64,000 nucleotides of DNA. Origin: Chiloscyllium plagiosum. Lineage: Eukaryota. Numbering within the stretch: position 1 is the stretch's first letter; every line of letters starts with the position of its first letter. The stretch spans positions 6,180,438 to 6,244,437 of the forward strand of contig NC_057750.1 in NCBI RefSeq assembly GCF_004010195.1, written 5' to 3'. The position numbers were made by a program, and so were the translations under genes. Of the stretch, positions 48,903 to 60,605 are shown in pieces. The notes under the pieces were generated by a model. That model saw only the letters and a program-made list of their open reading frames with translations, did not search any database and had not been told where the DNA came from.

Positions 48903-50925
48903 AAATACAGCTGCTTTTGCAAGGATCCCCCTTCGAAGGCTGAAGTGTTCTAGTTTTTCTGATCTTTCCTCATTGCCCAGCCCTCAGATTCAGAACCACC
49001 TTTATTGACCTCTTTTTACCATCTTCTCAGCTTAAACATGAACTATGCATTAGTGACCAGAATGGCCACTTTCAATTACATTAAAAGGTTGAAGCTGTGT
49101 TGGCCCAAAGATTGGGGACTTTGAAACTTAAAGGCCCACTTACTCATTTCAGCACTAGATTCTGTACCTTGCATGTCAGTCAATTCTAGCTCTGCCCCAG
49201 GATCCTTTGCCTGGAGTTCAGCTCATTACTTATTTCAGTTTGGGATTTTGGACCTTGGAATTCAGCCCACACGCAAGCAGGCCAAGGCTGCTACTCTATT
49301 CACTCACTGCCTGGCTCCAGGTATATTAGGCTCGATAATAAGTTCTGCCCTTGCAGTTCACCTTGATTGACAATTTGAAGCTGGCAGGGGACCAGCAGTC
49401 TCTGGGCGATTTAGGATCAACATTCATGTCGATAATGCAAAACAAAATACCTGAAGATAGTCTGTCCAAACAGGACCGCTGCCAAGATTTTGTAGGATTC
49501 TTTTTTTTAAAAATGTCCAATGTAAAATTCTCTCATTTGTTGTACCCAGGACTAGAAGTGCAACAAAAGTATATAAGGATACAGATTAAAACCCACTAAT
49601 CCTGAGGACACCTGGTGTAGATCTCATGCTCTACAGTGACACATTGAAACTTTGATTCTGTCCGCTCCCAATTCTCCACAACAGTGTTAACAGGAGCTTT
49701 ACGGGAGTTAAAATGGGTTTGGACTCTTTGTTTCATAGAATCACTAGTGTGGAAGCAGACCATTTGGCCCATCCAGTCTACATTGATCCTCCAAAGAGCC
49801 TACCACCCAAACCAACCCTCACTACACTATCCCTGTAACCCTGCATTTCCCACAACTAACCCACGTAGCCTGCACATCCCTAGACACAATGGGTAATTTA
49901 GTATGGCCAATCCACCCTTTGGATTGTGGGACTCTCTGCTTTCTCTCCTTCAACGGCAGAAGGTGGAGAGTGATCAGGCCAGGTGACTTGAAAGTCGAAA
50001 GGCAGTTAAACACCTCGCAAGTGTGCAGTGCAGGAGGCTGCCATACAGTCCACCCTGCCTGTGCCAGCCCTCTGACAGAACTATCTAATTAGTGGGTGAT
50101 GAGACTGAATCACAAAATTGTTATGGTGCAGAGGAGACCAGTTGGTCCAATGTGCCTACACCAGCTCCCTAAATGTTTTGGTTTGGAGTCACTCTCGTCC
50201 ATTCTCCATAAGCCTGCATTGTCTTTTGTAATTCCCTCTTGAATGCTTCAATTTAGTCTCCTTCACCATCAACTGAACCTGCCTTCACCACATTCCCAAG
50301 CAGTGTGCTCCAGACTCTTCCTGTGGTGAAAAAAAATCCCAGTAACCTTCTATAATAGAAGGAAATCCAAGGGTTTTGATCTTTAAGCAGGAGGGGAGCT
50401 GGGCACTTTGCTCATCATATGCTGAAAAGCTGATGAATATTTCTGTTGCATGCAAAAAATATTGTCCCGTTGTGTCAATCTACACAGGAAAAACAGGTGG
50501 ACTGGAAACAATTGTGGCACTGACAGGCACTGAAGGGTCAGTTAAAAAAAAAATCAGAGCAAAACAAAACTTCCACACCAAAATTAAATAAATCAGAAGC
50601 AAAACACACAAAAAAAACAACCAGGGAGAGACAACCAAACAAGAGACTTTGAGAAATGCAGAACAAATCTAAGAAAGTGTTGGTCAACATTCTGGATGTG
50701 AAACAGAAGACTCACAAAACGCCTACATCTGAAACACTTCTCCATCTTTGCTGATTGCAGAATTTTATGTTTTTATTTCAACTTTGCAGCATTTGTGGCT
50801 TTATTTCCTATTTGTTTTCTCTGATAGATACTGACTGGTCTCCCGTGGCGTTGCTTACAGCGACCACAGCGGGGAAACAGAAACAGTTCGGAGGCTGAAT
50901 ATTGCGATGGATGCGTGGCTATTAC

Positions 50926-50978
50926 CTTGTTTGAATCGTCCCCATCTTCAGATGTTATCCACACCCGTCTGTTGTCAC
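50926..50978 (-). CDS. Kinesin light chain exon (53 bp), divergent: (G)DNRRVWITSEDGDDSNK
   Basis: tcctgtgcAG acceptor, AAG|GTAATA donor, phase 1 to 0; position and spacing match the DNKPIWMHAEEREE..K exon. Confidence 0.8.
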
Positions 50979-51159
50979 CTGCACAGGATGCAATAATAGA
51001 TTCAATATTATTCTCACTTTGACTTTTCTGCACCTCATTCATGCGAATCTTCACATACTGATACATAGAAACATAGAAAATAGGGAAAATTCAGCCCATT
51101 GAGTCATTCAATATGGTCATCTCTGATCCTCTAACTCAACACTATACTGCCACCATCTC

Positions 51160-51265
51160 CTCTTCATTCCTGATGAAGGGCTTTTGCCCGAAATGTCGGT
51201 TCTTCTGCTCCTCGGATGCTGCCTGACCTGCTGTGCTTTTCCAGCACCACACTTTTTGACTCTGT
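51160..51265 (+). mobile_element. PLE family B 3' end with hammerhead (GAAATGTC, likely CpG decay)
   Basis: cattcCTGATGAagggcttttgcccGAAAtgtc...gatgctgcctgacctgctgtgcttttccagc. Confidence 0.82.
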
Positions 51266-51778
51266 CACTATCGCTCTGTAAGGCTTCAGTGTATATAAAT
51301 ACGTTTAGTTCTTAAATATGTTTAGTGACTTGGTCTCCATAGCTTTATAATGTAGAGAATTTCATAGGTTCACCATTCTTCATTGTTTTTATCTCAGTCC
51401 TAAATGTTTTACATCATAAAAGAGACCGTGACTCCTTTTCTGGACAACTTTCCAAACCAAGGGGAAGTCACCCCCCCACATCCAGTCTGTCCAGTTCTGT
51501 CAGAATTTTATACCTTTCAAACAGATCTCCCCTCATTTTTCTAAACTCTAGTGAATACAGGCCTAGTTGACTTCCCTAGCACAACCAATCTGCAATCCCA
51601 GAGATCACCTGGGGCAGATGTGTGCATGGCGAGCAAAGAAGTCATATTCTTGAAAATTGTGACTTGAAGCAAAACAATGTTAAAGAAATCAGATCTTCCT
51701 CTTTAAAAAAAACATTAACTACAGTCAGATTATTTTGGACATTTCTTGTCAGACACTAAGACATCATAGATTAAAATA

Positions 51779-52081
51779 TAGTAGAGCCTCGACTTAAGAA
51801 CTTAATCCGTTCTGGGACCCGGTTCGTGAACCGAAAAGTTCGCGAACTGAATCAATTTTTCCCATGTTCACAGCGCACACGCCAAGGATGAACTGCGCAC
51901 ACGCCAAGGACGAACTGCGCACACGCCAAGGACGAACTGCGCACACGCCAAGGACGAACTGCTCGTACCTTCATTCGTACCTTGAATTTTGTATGTATGC
52001 TGAAGCAAACTTTTATGTACAATGCTGCTCGTAAACCGATTTGTTCGTGAACGGGGTCGTTCGTATGTCGAGGCGCTACTG
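51779..52081. mobile_element. Tc1/mariner-superfamily (pogo/Tigger-like) MITE, 303 bp
   Basis: 23-bp imperfect TIRs TAGTAGAGCCTCGACTTAAGAAC and CAGTAGCGCCTCGACATACGAAC; TA on both sides (51777-51778, 52082-52083); internal 22-bp tandem gcgcacacgccaaggacgaact x4. Confidence 0.82.
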
Positions 52082-52769
52082 TACTGTAATGTACTTCAAA
52101 CTTTAACAACTTCTAGAGTTTGATATTACAGCGAGATACACAAAGTGTTAGATTTTTTTTCCAATGATGTGGGCAATGCTGGTTAGGCCAGCATTTATTC
52201 CCCATCCCTTACTGTCCTTGAGAAGGTGGTAGTTAGTCACCCTTTTACAGTTCACGTGGTGCAGGTCCACCCACAGTGCTATTCAAAAGGGAGTTCCACA
52301 AATTTGACCGAGTAACTGCATAAGAACAGAATATAATTCCAAGTCAGGTTGGAGAGTGACTTGGAGGTGGTGGTGCTCCCATGGCCTTCTTGGTGGTAAA
52401 GGTCATGGATTTGGAAGATGCTGACATACACAATGGAACAGGTGAGATGGAATAAGTTTCCTGTAGTGATGGGTTTGATGGCAGTTAGATAGGAGATGAC
52501 TATTCTGCAACTTCACTATATTTGGGGATTGGCGCACGCACATACACACACCCCCATCTGTCAGGGGAGTCAGTGACAAAGTAGATTGTACAATTGTTAT
52601 GGAGGGAGTTAGCTAGATGATCTTTATCTAACTTCATGTTTTCTAAGATTTATGCATATTATTATAATGGTTCCCACCTACAGCAAACATTTATACCTGC
52701 CAATTCACAAGAGTGTGCACTTTTATGCTATTGATTCAATGCTATCATTAGCTTCTGTTTAAATTACTA

Positions 52770-52916
<147 letters not shown>

Positions 52917-55900
52917 CTAGATCACAGGAGATGAGAATTAGAGATCTGCAGACTCAGGGAAAACTTATCAACACAAACTACAATCAAATTGAATTTTTAT
53001 TTACATGACAAATGTCCCCTGCAAGGCGACTCATTTGCAATTTATCCTTCACAGGAAGTGACTGTGACTAGCAAAGTCAGCTCAATTGCACTTGGAGTGG
53101 TCACAACAAGCCATTTCAGAGGGTGGTTCAGAATCAGCCTCACTGCTGTGCGTCTGCACTCACATGTAAACCAGACCAGCTAAGGAACTAGATGGTTGTT
53201 GTTTTACAGCTATCAATGATAGTTCTAGAGTCAACATTACGGATGTTGGCTTTCAATTTTAGATTTCAAAAAAATAATTGATTAATTGACTGCAAATTCA
53301 GTCAGGCACGGTGCTGGGATTGGAACCAGTCTACGCAACTGGATTACTAGTCAAATGACATTACCATTACAATATCATCAACCCATATAATCTTGATTAA
53401 TACTCTTATCACTAACATCTTCCGATTTTTATGGTTTCATCCAAGGACTAAATTCCCTGGCCTCTTCCTTTCCCGTTGTCACACACAACACAGTGAAACC
53501 AAGGGCTTCTTGCTGCAACTTCAGTTCCAACTCTCACCTTCCCAAAAATACACAAAATCTCTCACACCCCATTTATAATTGGGTCTTAAGACTTTGGTGA
53601 GGAGCTTTCTAATTGGGGATTTGTTCAATCTCAGTCATACAACACAGAAACAGACTCTTTGGTCTAACCAGTCCGCGAAGAACATAATCCTAAACTAAAC
53701 TAGTCCCACCTGCCTGCCCCTGGCCAATTTCCCTCCAAACCTTTCCTATTCATGTACTTATCCAAGTGTCTTTTAAACTTTGTAACTGACTCCATCCACC
53801 ATTTGCTCAGGAAATTCATTCCACATGCGAAATACCCTCTACATAAAAGATTTGCTCCTCTTTTTTAAATCTAGTTTTGAAACTCCCCCATCCTCAGGAA
53901 AAGACACCTGCCATTAATCCTATCTATACTCCTCATGATTTTATAGACCTCCATAAAGGTCAGCCCTCAACCTCCTACACTCCAGTGAAGAAAGTCCCAT
54001 CTTATCCAGTTTTTGTTTATAGCCGAAACCCTCCATACCCAGCAACGTCAATCATGATGCCATTGTATTCATGGGCATTGCTGGCACAGATTGTCCAGCC
54101 CGAAACACCCTGGAGTGTGGTGTCCACATCTGAAGTGAACACAAAATCCTCTTGGTTATACATTCTTTAGGAAGTAGGCTTCACTAACTGGGTCAGCATT
54201 TATTGCCCATCACTGACTACCCTTAAATTGGTGATAGTGAGTTGCCTTCTTGAATCACTAGTCCATTTGCTGCCGTTCTTTGCCACGCCCACATTCTTTT
54301 AGGGAGGACATTCCAGGATTTTGACACAGCTAGATTGAAGGAAGAGAGATATATTTCTAGGTCAGGGTGGTGAGATGTGTCCAACAGCAAGGTCATAATT
54401 GACTGATTGCGAGATCAAGTGTCCTCAGCAAAATTACAGTCACTGGAATTTAGGAAGAAAACTCTCCAATAGTTGGAGTCATAGCTGGCACAAAAGGAAG
54501 ATGGCTGAGGTTGTTGGAGGTCAGTCATCTCAGCTCCAGGATATTGCTGCAGGAGTTTTACGTAACCTCGTTTTTTTCCCTTCAATCTTTTCTGGTAAGG
54601 TAAGCATTTGTTGCTCAACCCTAACTGTCATTGAAGTGAAAGTCTTTCCAAGCCATTTCAGAGAGCAGCTAGTGGTCAATCACATTGCTGAAGAGTCTGG
54701 AGTCACCTGAAAGCCAGACCACGTTAGGACGGCAGATTTCCTTCCCTCAAGGACAGTAGGGAACTAGGTGGCCTTTTTAAGAATCCAGTAAAGTCATTAA
54801 GGCAGAGATATTCAGCACAGAAATAGACCCTTTGGTCCAACCCATCCATGTCAACTGGATATCCTAAATTAATCTAGTCCCATTTGCCAGCATTTGGCCC
54901 AAATCCCTCCAAACCCATATCCAGATGCCTTTTAAATGTTGTAATTGTATCACCACTTCGTCTGTTGGTTGGAGAAGTTAGGACTGCTTTCCTTTCAGAG
55001 GAAAAGGCTAATAGGAAATTCAATTGCCGTGTTCAAAACCATGAGAGGTCCGCATGGAGTAGACAGCGAGAAACTATTCCTGCTCATAAATGGATCAAGA
55101 ACGAGAGGGTACAGATTTAAAGTGATTTGCAAAAACAGCAAATGTGATGCAAAAACAAATTTTTATGAATAGCAAGTGGTTCAGGTCTGGAATGGACTGC
55201 CTGGAAGTGTGGTAGAGGCAGGTTCAATTGAGACATTCAAGAAGTCATTAGATGATTATTTAAATAGAAATAATATGCAGGGAGTGGAAGGGTGGGGGAG
55301 GTTGGCACAATGGGGCATGGTGCTCATTCAGAAAGCTGGGACAAATGGCTTTCTTATGAACTTCAACAATTCTGTGACTCATGGTCACCAATGCTGGGAA
55401 CTAGGTTTTCATTACCAAATTTGTTTAGTTAATTGAATTTAAATTCCCCCAGCTGCGAAGTTTGGAATCAAATTAACATCTCTAAATCGATAGCCTTTGG
55501 ATTACGCGTCCAATAACATAACTATCATGGTGCTGTGAAACTCTAACTTAGTTTCTCAAAAGAGAAAAGTGTGCTATCACATCAGGACCAAATGAAATAT
55601 CTTCTGGAAGGTAGCAGCTCAATGCTTTTTTTGTGTGCCAGCATTAAGCTCTGCACACCCAGATCATTCAAGCCCGGATAATATTTACTCTGCTCGGTCA
55701 ATGTGTTTAAACCCAACATAAAACATCCCAAATGCACTAATAAGGTGAGTTCAGGAAAGTGTCTCATTCTCAACTTCCAGGGCATTTAGTGACGGGCAAC
55801 CATTGCTGGGCTTGTCAGCAACGCACACATCCCACAAAAGAGCTTTTAAAAGTGCAATTTCACAAATGAATCACAACTGACGCAGCCAAAACATACCCAC

Positions 55901-57128
55901 ATCAAATTGCACAGAGATTATTCCAAACAGATCCCACATGGGAACTTCAATGGTCGACAGAGGAAGGTGCCTTTTAATCAACCAATCTCTGCAGGAATCA
56001 AATTTGGATTTGAGAGGTGGAAAATCTGTGGTTTAACAGCACTCTACTTCAGTAAAGTTAGTTCTAATCTCAATAAAATTGAAAAACGGGGGGGGATTTA
56101 CAGCAATCCATTCAACTTTAGAACGACCATTGAGTCATACAGCACGGAAACAGACCCAACTTGTCCATGCCAAGATGTCCTAAATTAATCTAGTCTCATT
56201 TGCCTGCATTAGGCCCATATCCCTCCAAACTCTTCCTTTTCATATACTCATCCAGATCCCTTTCAAAATGTTGTATTTGTACCAGCCTCCACCACTTCCA
56301 CTGGCAGCTCATTCCATACACGCACCACCCTCTGCGTGAAAAGGTTTCCCCTTATATCCCTTTTAAATCTTTCCCTTCTCACCCAAAATCTATGCCCTTT
56401 AGTTCTGGACTCCCTCACCCAGGGAAAAGACCTTCTCCATTTATCCTATCTATGCCCCTCATGATTTTATATACCTCTCTAAGGTCACCCCTCAGCAACC
56501 AGAATCAATACAATGAGTTGCACTTTCCCCAAAGACCCCTTGAAATGTTGATCTAATTGTCTCTTAAAAGGATTACAACAGTCTGCATGCTTCAAAAGCT
56601 TTCCACGTTGAATCACAGAAATATAAAGCATAGAAACTCATCCACTCTGCTTTCTCTCCACACACGTTGCCAGACCTGCTGCGTTTCTCCAGCAACTTCA
56701 CTAAAGTTTGCCCAAATAGAAATTTCTCCCAACTTCCCTCCTGTTTCTTTCGTGGCAAACTCTGGTATGGCTCTTTGAGATTGGCCTGTTTCCACTAAAA
56801 TAAATTACAGGACCGCTCTCAGACAGATGTAACACTGAGCCATACTGACCAAGGGAGATCTTTGGAATGTTGCCTAGTCTGTGCCAGATTTGCTGACTGG
56901 CAATGTGCCATGAATGCTCTCAGTGCCTATGGGCAAGAGGGATAAAATTCAGCCACTGATTTCCTTCTCATGTTCTAGGATGTGGGTGATACTATCCAGG
57001 CCAACATGTATTGCCTATCTTCAAGTGCCTTCATGATGACTGACATCCTGGTGTGCCATGTATATTTATGGATATCATGCAAGGATAGAGAGATTGGGAT
57101 AGGCTGTGATGCTCCTAGCACTCAGTCA

Positions 57129-57572
<444 letters not shown>

Positions 57573-57864
57573 TTACAGTCACACAACAGATAGAGTGTTT
57601 GACCCTTTATGGTTCTTTGAAACACTTTTCCAATTATTATCACTCCACGTCCTGCTTTCATTGAAATTCTATTTTAAATTCTATATCCAGCTGTTTTTTG
57701 AAAGTTACGACCAAATCTAATTTCCCTACCTATCAGGCAAGTCAAATTAACTTGATGGGTAAAATTAAAGAATTGTGTGTCTCACTTAATTTGCCAATGG
57801 TCTTAAATCTCTGTCCCTCGCACCAGATAAAACAGTTATACTTTATTTCTGCTCTCTGAATCTA

Positions 57865-58340
57865 GGAGTCTAGAACTAGAGGGCATAGGTTTAGGGTGAG
57901 AGGGGAAAGATATAAAAGAGACCCAAGGGGCAACTGTTTCACACAGAGGGTGGTACGTGTATGGAACGAGCTGCCAGAGGAAGTGGTGGAGGCTGGTACA
58001 ATTACAACATTTAAGAGGCATTTGGATGGGTATATGAATAGGAAGGGTTTGGAGGGATATGGGCCGGGTGCTGGCAGTTGGGACTAGATTGGGTTGGAAT
58101 ATCTGGTTGGTATGGACGGGTTGGACCGAAGGGTCTGTTTCCATGCTGTACATCTCTATGACTCTATGTGCAGGTGAGGTGGATTGGCCAGGCTAAATTG
58201 CTCATAGTGTCCAGGGATGCGCAGGCTAAGTGGGTTAGCCATGGGAAATTTAGGGTTAACGGGGTGGGATGCGCTTTAGAGGATTTGTGTGGACTTGAGG
58301 AGCCAAATGGCCTGCTTCCGCACTGTAGGGATTTTATTCT
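57865..58340 (+). mobile_element. CR1 3' end abutting an HE1 SINE 3' part
   Basis: LINE end ...catctctatgactctat is directly followed by the SINE body gtgcaggt...ggattggcca.gctaaattg. Confidence 0.85.
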
Positions 58341-58867
58341 ATAATTCGACATGAATTAAACACGTTGGACACAGACATGCAAATCAGATTAATGAGTGCG
58401 AAAACTTAGGAATGCAGACAGGTAGGAAGAAGTGTTTTTTTAACATTAGTTCAGATCTGATACCATTCACAATATGTCCAAAGATCCACTCATTTAAAAA
58501 GAAGAAAGTATTCCGTCATATTTTGCCTGAATCTCAACCAGATAGAACATAGGACAATACAGTGCAGAACAGGCCCTTCGGCCCTCGATGTTGCGCTGAC
58601 CTGTGAACTAATCTAAGTTCATCCCCCTATACTATCCCATCATCATCCACGTGCTTATCCAAGGATTGTGTAAATCTCCCTAATGTGGCTGGGTTAACTA
58701 CATTGGCAGGTAGGGCATTCCACGCCCTTACCACTCGCTGAGTAAAGATTACAAACAATACATATAGAATATACAACACAAAACTACGGGCTCAATATTT
58801 AACCCAAATGAGTCTATGCCAATGTTCATGTGCCACTTGACTTTCCATTAGCCCCCTTTTATCTTTT

Positions 58868-59074
58868 AGCCTTTCCATTAGTCCCCTTTTATCTCCAGAA
58901 TTATCTCCTCAATTCCTTATTGGATTTATTAGTGACACTCTTATCCTTTTAATGTAACTTGCACAGCGGTTCAGCTTCTTTGATTCCTGAAGAAGGGCTC
59001 ATGCCCGAAACGTCGATTTTCCTGCTCCTTGGATGCTGCCTGACCTGCTGCGCTTTTCCAGCAACACATTTTCA
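58868..59074 (+). mobile_element. Composite insertion: PLE family B 3' end preceded by three locally templated segments
   Basis: 15-bp duplication ccccttttatctttt (58853-58867, 59075-59089); segment details in findings. Confidence 0.8.
58983..59018 (+). ncRNA. Minimal type I hammerhead ribozyme motif (PLE family B)
   Basis: attc-CTGAAGA(58987-58993)-a-gggc-tcat-gccc-GAAA-C-GTC-gatt. Confidence 0.7.
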
Positions 59075-59914
59075 CCCCTTTTATCTTTTCCCAATCAGAA
59101 TTTTCTTAGCTCCCTTTCCTGCTCTCATTTACTTAGCATCTCCTTAAACACATCCATACATTTTTAAATTTGTACACAGGATGAGGGCATTGCTGACTCG
59201 GGTAGCTTTTATTGCCCGCTCCTGATTAAGGAGGAGGTGGTGAGCTGCCTTCTTGAACCACTGCAGCACAGAGTGGTGTCGGGCCACCCACACAGAGCAG
59301 CAGAATGTTCACCCAAAGATGATAAAAGGAACTGTCCATATGTTTTAAACTCAGGTTGGTGTGACTTGAAGGTAGGTCTGCCTGATACTTGCTGGACTTT
59401 CAGTGCAAGGTGGCACTGGCTTTTGAAGTGTTGCAGACCATCACATTCCAGGATCCAGGACTAAATGCTCTGACGCTGGGGGCAACCCTCGCAGAGGTGG
59501 GGAACACTTTCTGCCTAAAGCCGTTCAACCATAGTACACCAAACGGCTGGACGTTGTAGGACCTCTCTGGCCCTAGCTTACAAAGAACGTACATTATAAA
59601 TCAAGAGCATCGAAAATATATTGATGTACACCTTGTCCCACTCTGAGGTACAAAGGGAAGAAACTGCTGCACTTTCTGTAATTTTCAATATAAATTGTTT
59701 TGCCCGTGGGCTGTATACCTGACGTGGTATGTATTTGTTTAATACTCTAGACAAAATGTTTTGCAATGTCTTTTTTAATAAATTTTATGAAGAATGAATA
59801 AGTCTTGGAGACAGGGGTTGCAGGTGCATTCTCAAAATGCTTGCTACATTATTCTCCCAGGCCAGGCCTTCCCAAACCAGCTTCTAAGTGTCACAAGCTG
59901 AGATTTTGGGGTCT

Positions 59915-60605
59915 TGAGTTACAGAGTCCTAGAGCTCAACAGCATGAAAACAGACCCTTTGGTCCAACTCGTCCATGCCAACTGAATAACCTAAACTAAT
60001 CTAGTCCCATTTGCCAATATTTGGCCCATATCCCTCTAAAAGCTACCTATTCATATACCCATCCAGATGCCTTTTAAATGTTGTAATTGTACCAGCCTCC
60101 ATTACTTCCTCTGGCAGTTCATCCCATACACACACCACCCTGTGTGTGAAAAGGTTGCCCCTTAGGTCCCTTCTAAATCTTTCCCCTCTCACCTTAAAGC
60201 TATGTCCTCTAGTCTTGGATTCTCCTACCCCAGGGAAAAGACCTTGGCTATTCATCCCATCTATGTTCCTCATGATTCTATAAATCTCTATAAGGTCACC
60301 CTTCAGCCTCCGATGCTCCAGGGAAAACAGTACTAGCCTATTCAGCCTCTCCCTATGGCTCAAACCCACCAACCCAGGGTAGCACCCTTGTAAATCTTCT
60401 CTGAACCCCTTCAATTTTCATAACATCCTTCCTATTGCAAGGAGACCAGAATTGAATGCAGTATTCCAAAAGTGGGTGAATCAATGTGCTGTACAGGTGC
60501 AACATGACCTTCCAACACCGTACACAATGCACTGACCAATAACAGCAAGCATACCAAATACCACCTTCCCTATCCTACCTACCTGCGACTCCTCTCTCAA
60601 GGAAC
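59915..60605 (-). mobile_element. CR1 (HER1-type) LINE 3' fragment
   Basis: ERLNRL.LFSLE.RRLKGDLIEIYRIM...RVVCVWDELP. Further fragments at about 12310-12630, 13115-13285, 33710-33930, 37060-37320, 53630-54050, 54805-55370, 56130-56495, 62565-62890 and 63465-63840. Confidence 0.9.
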
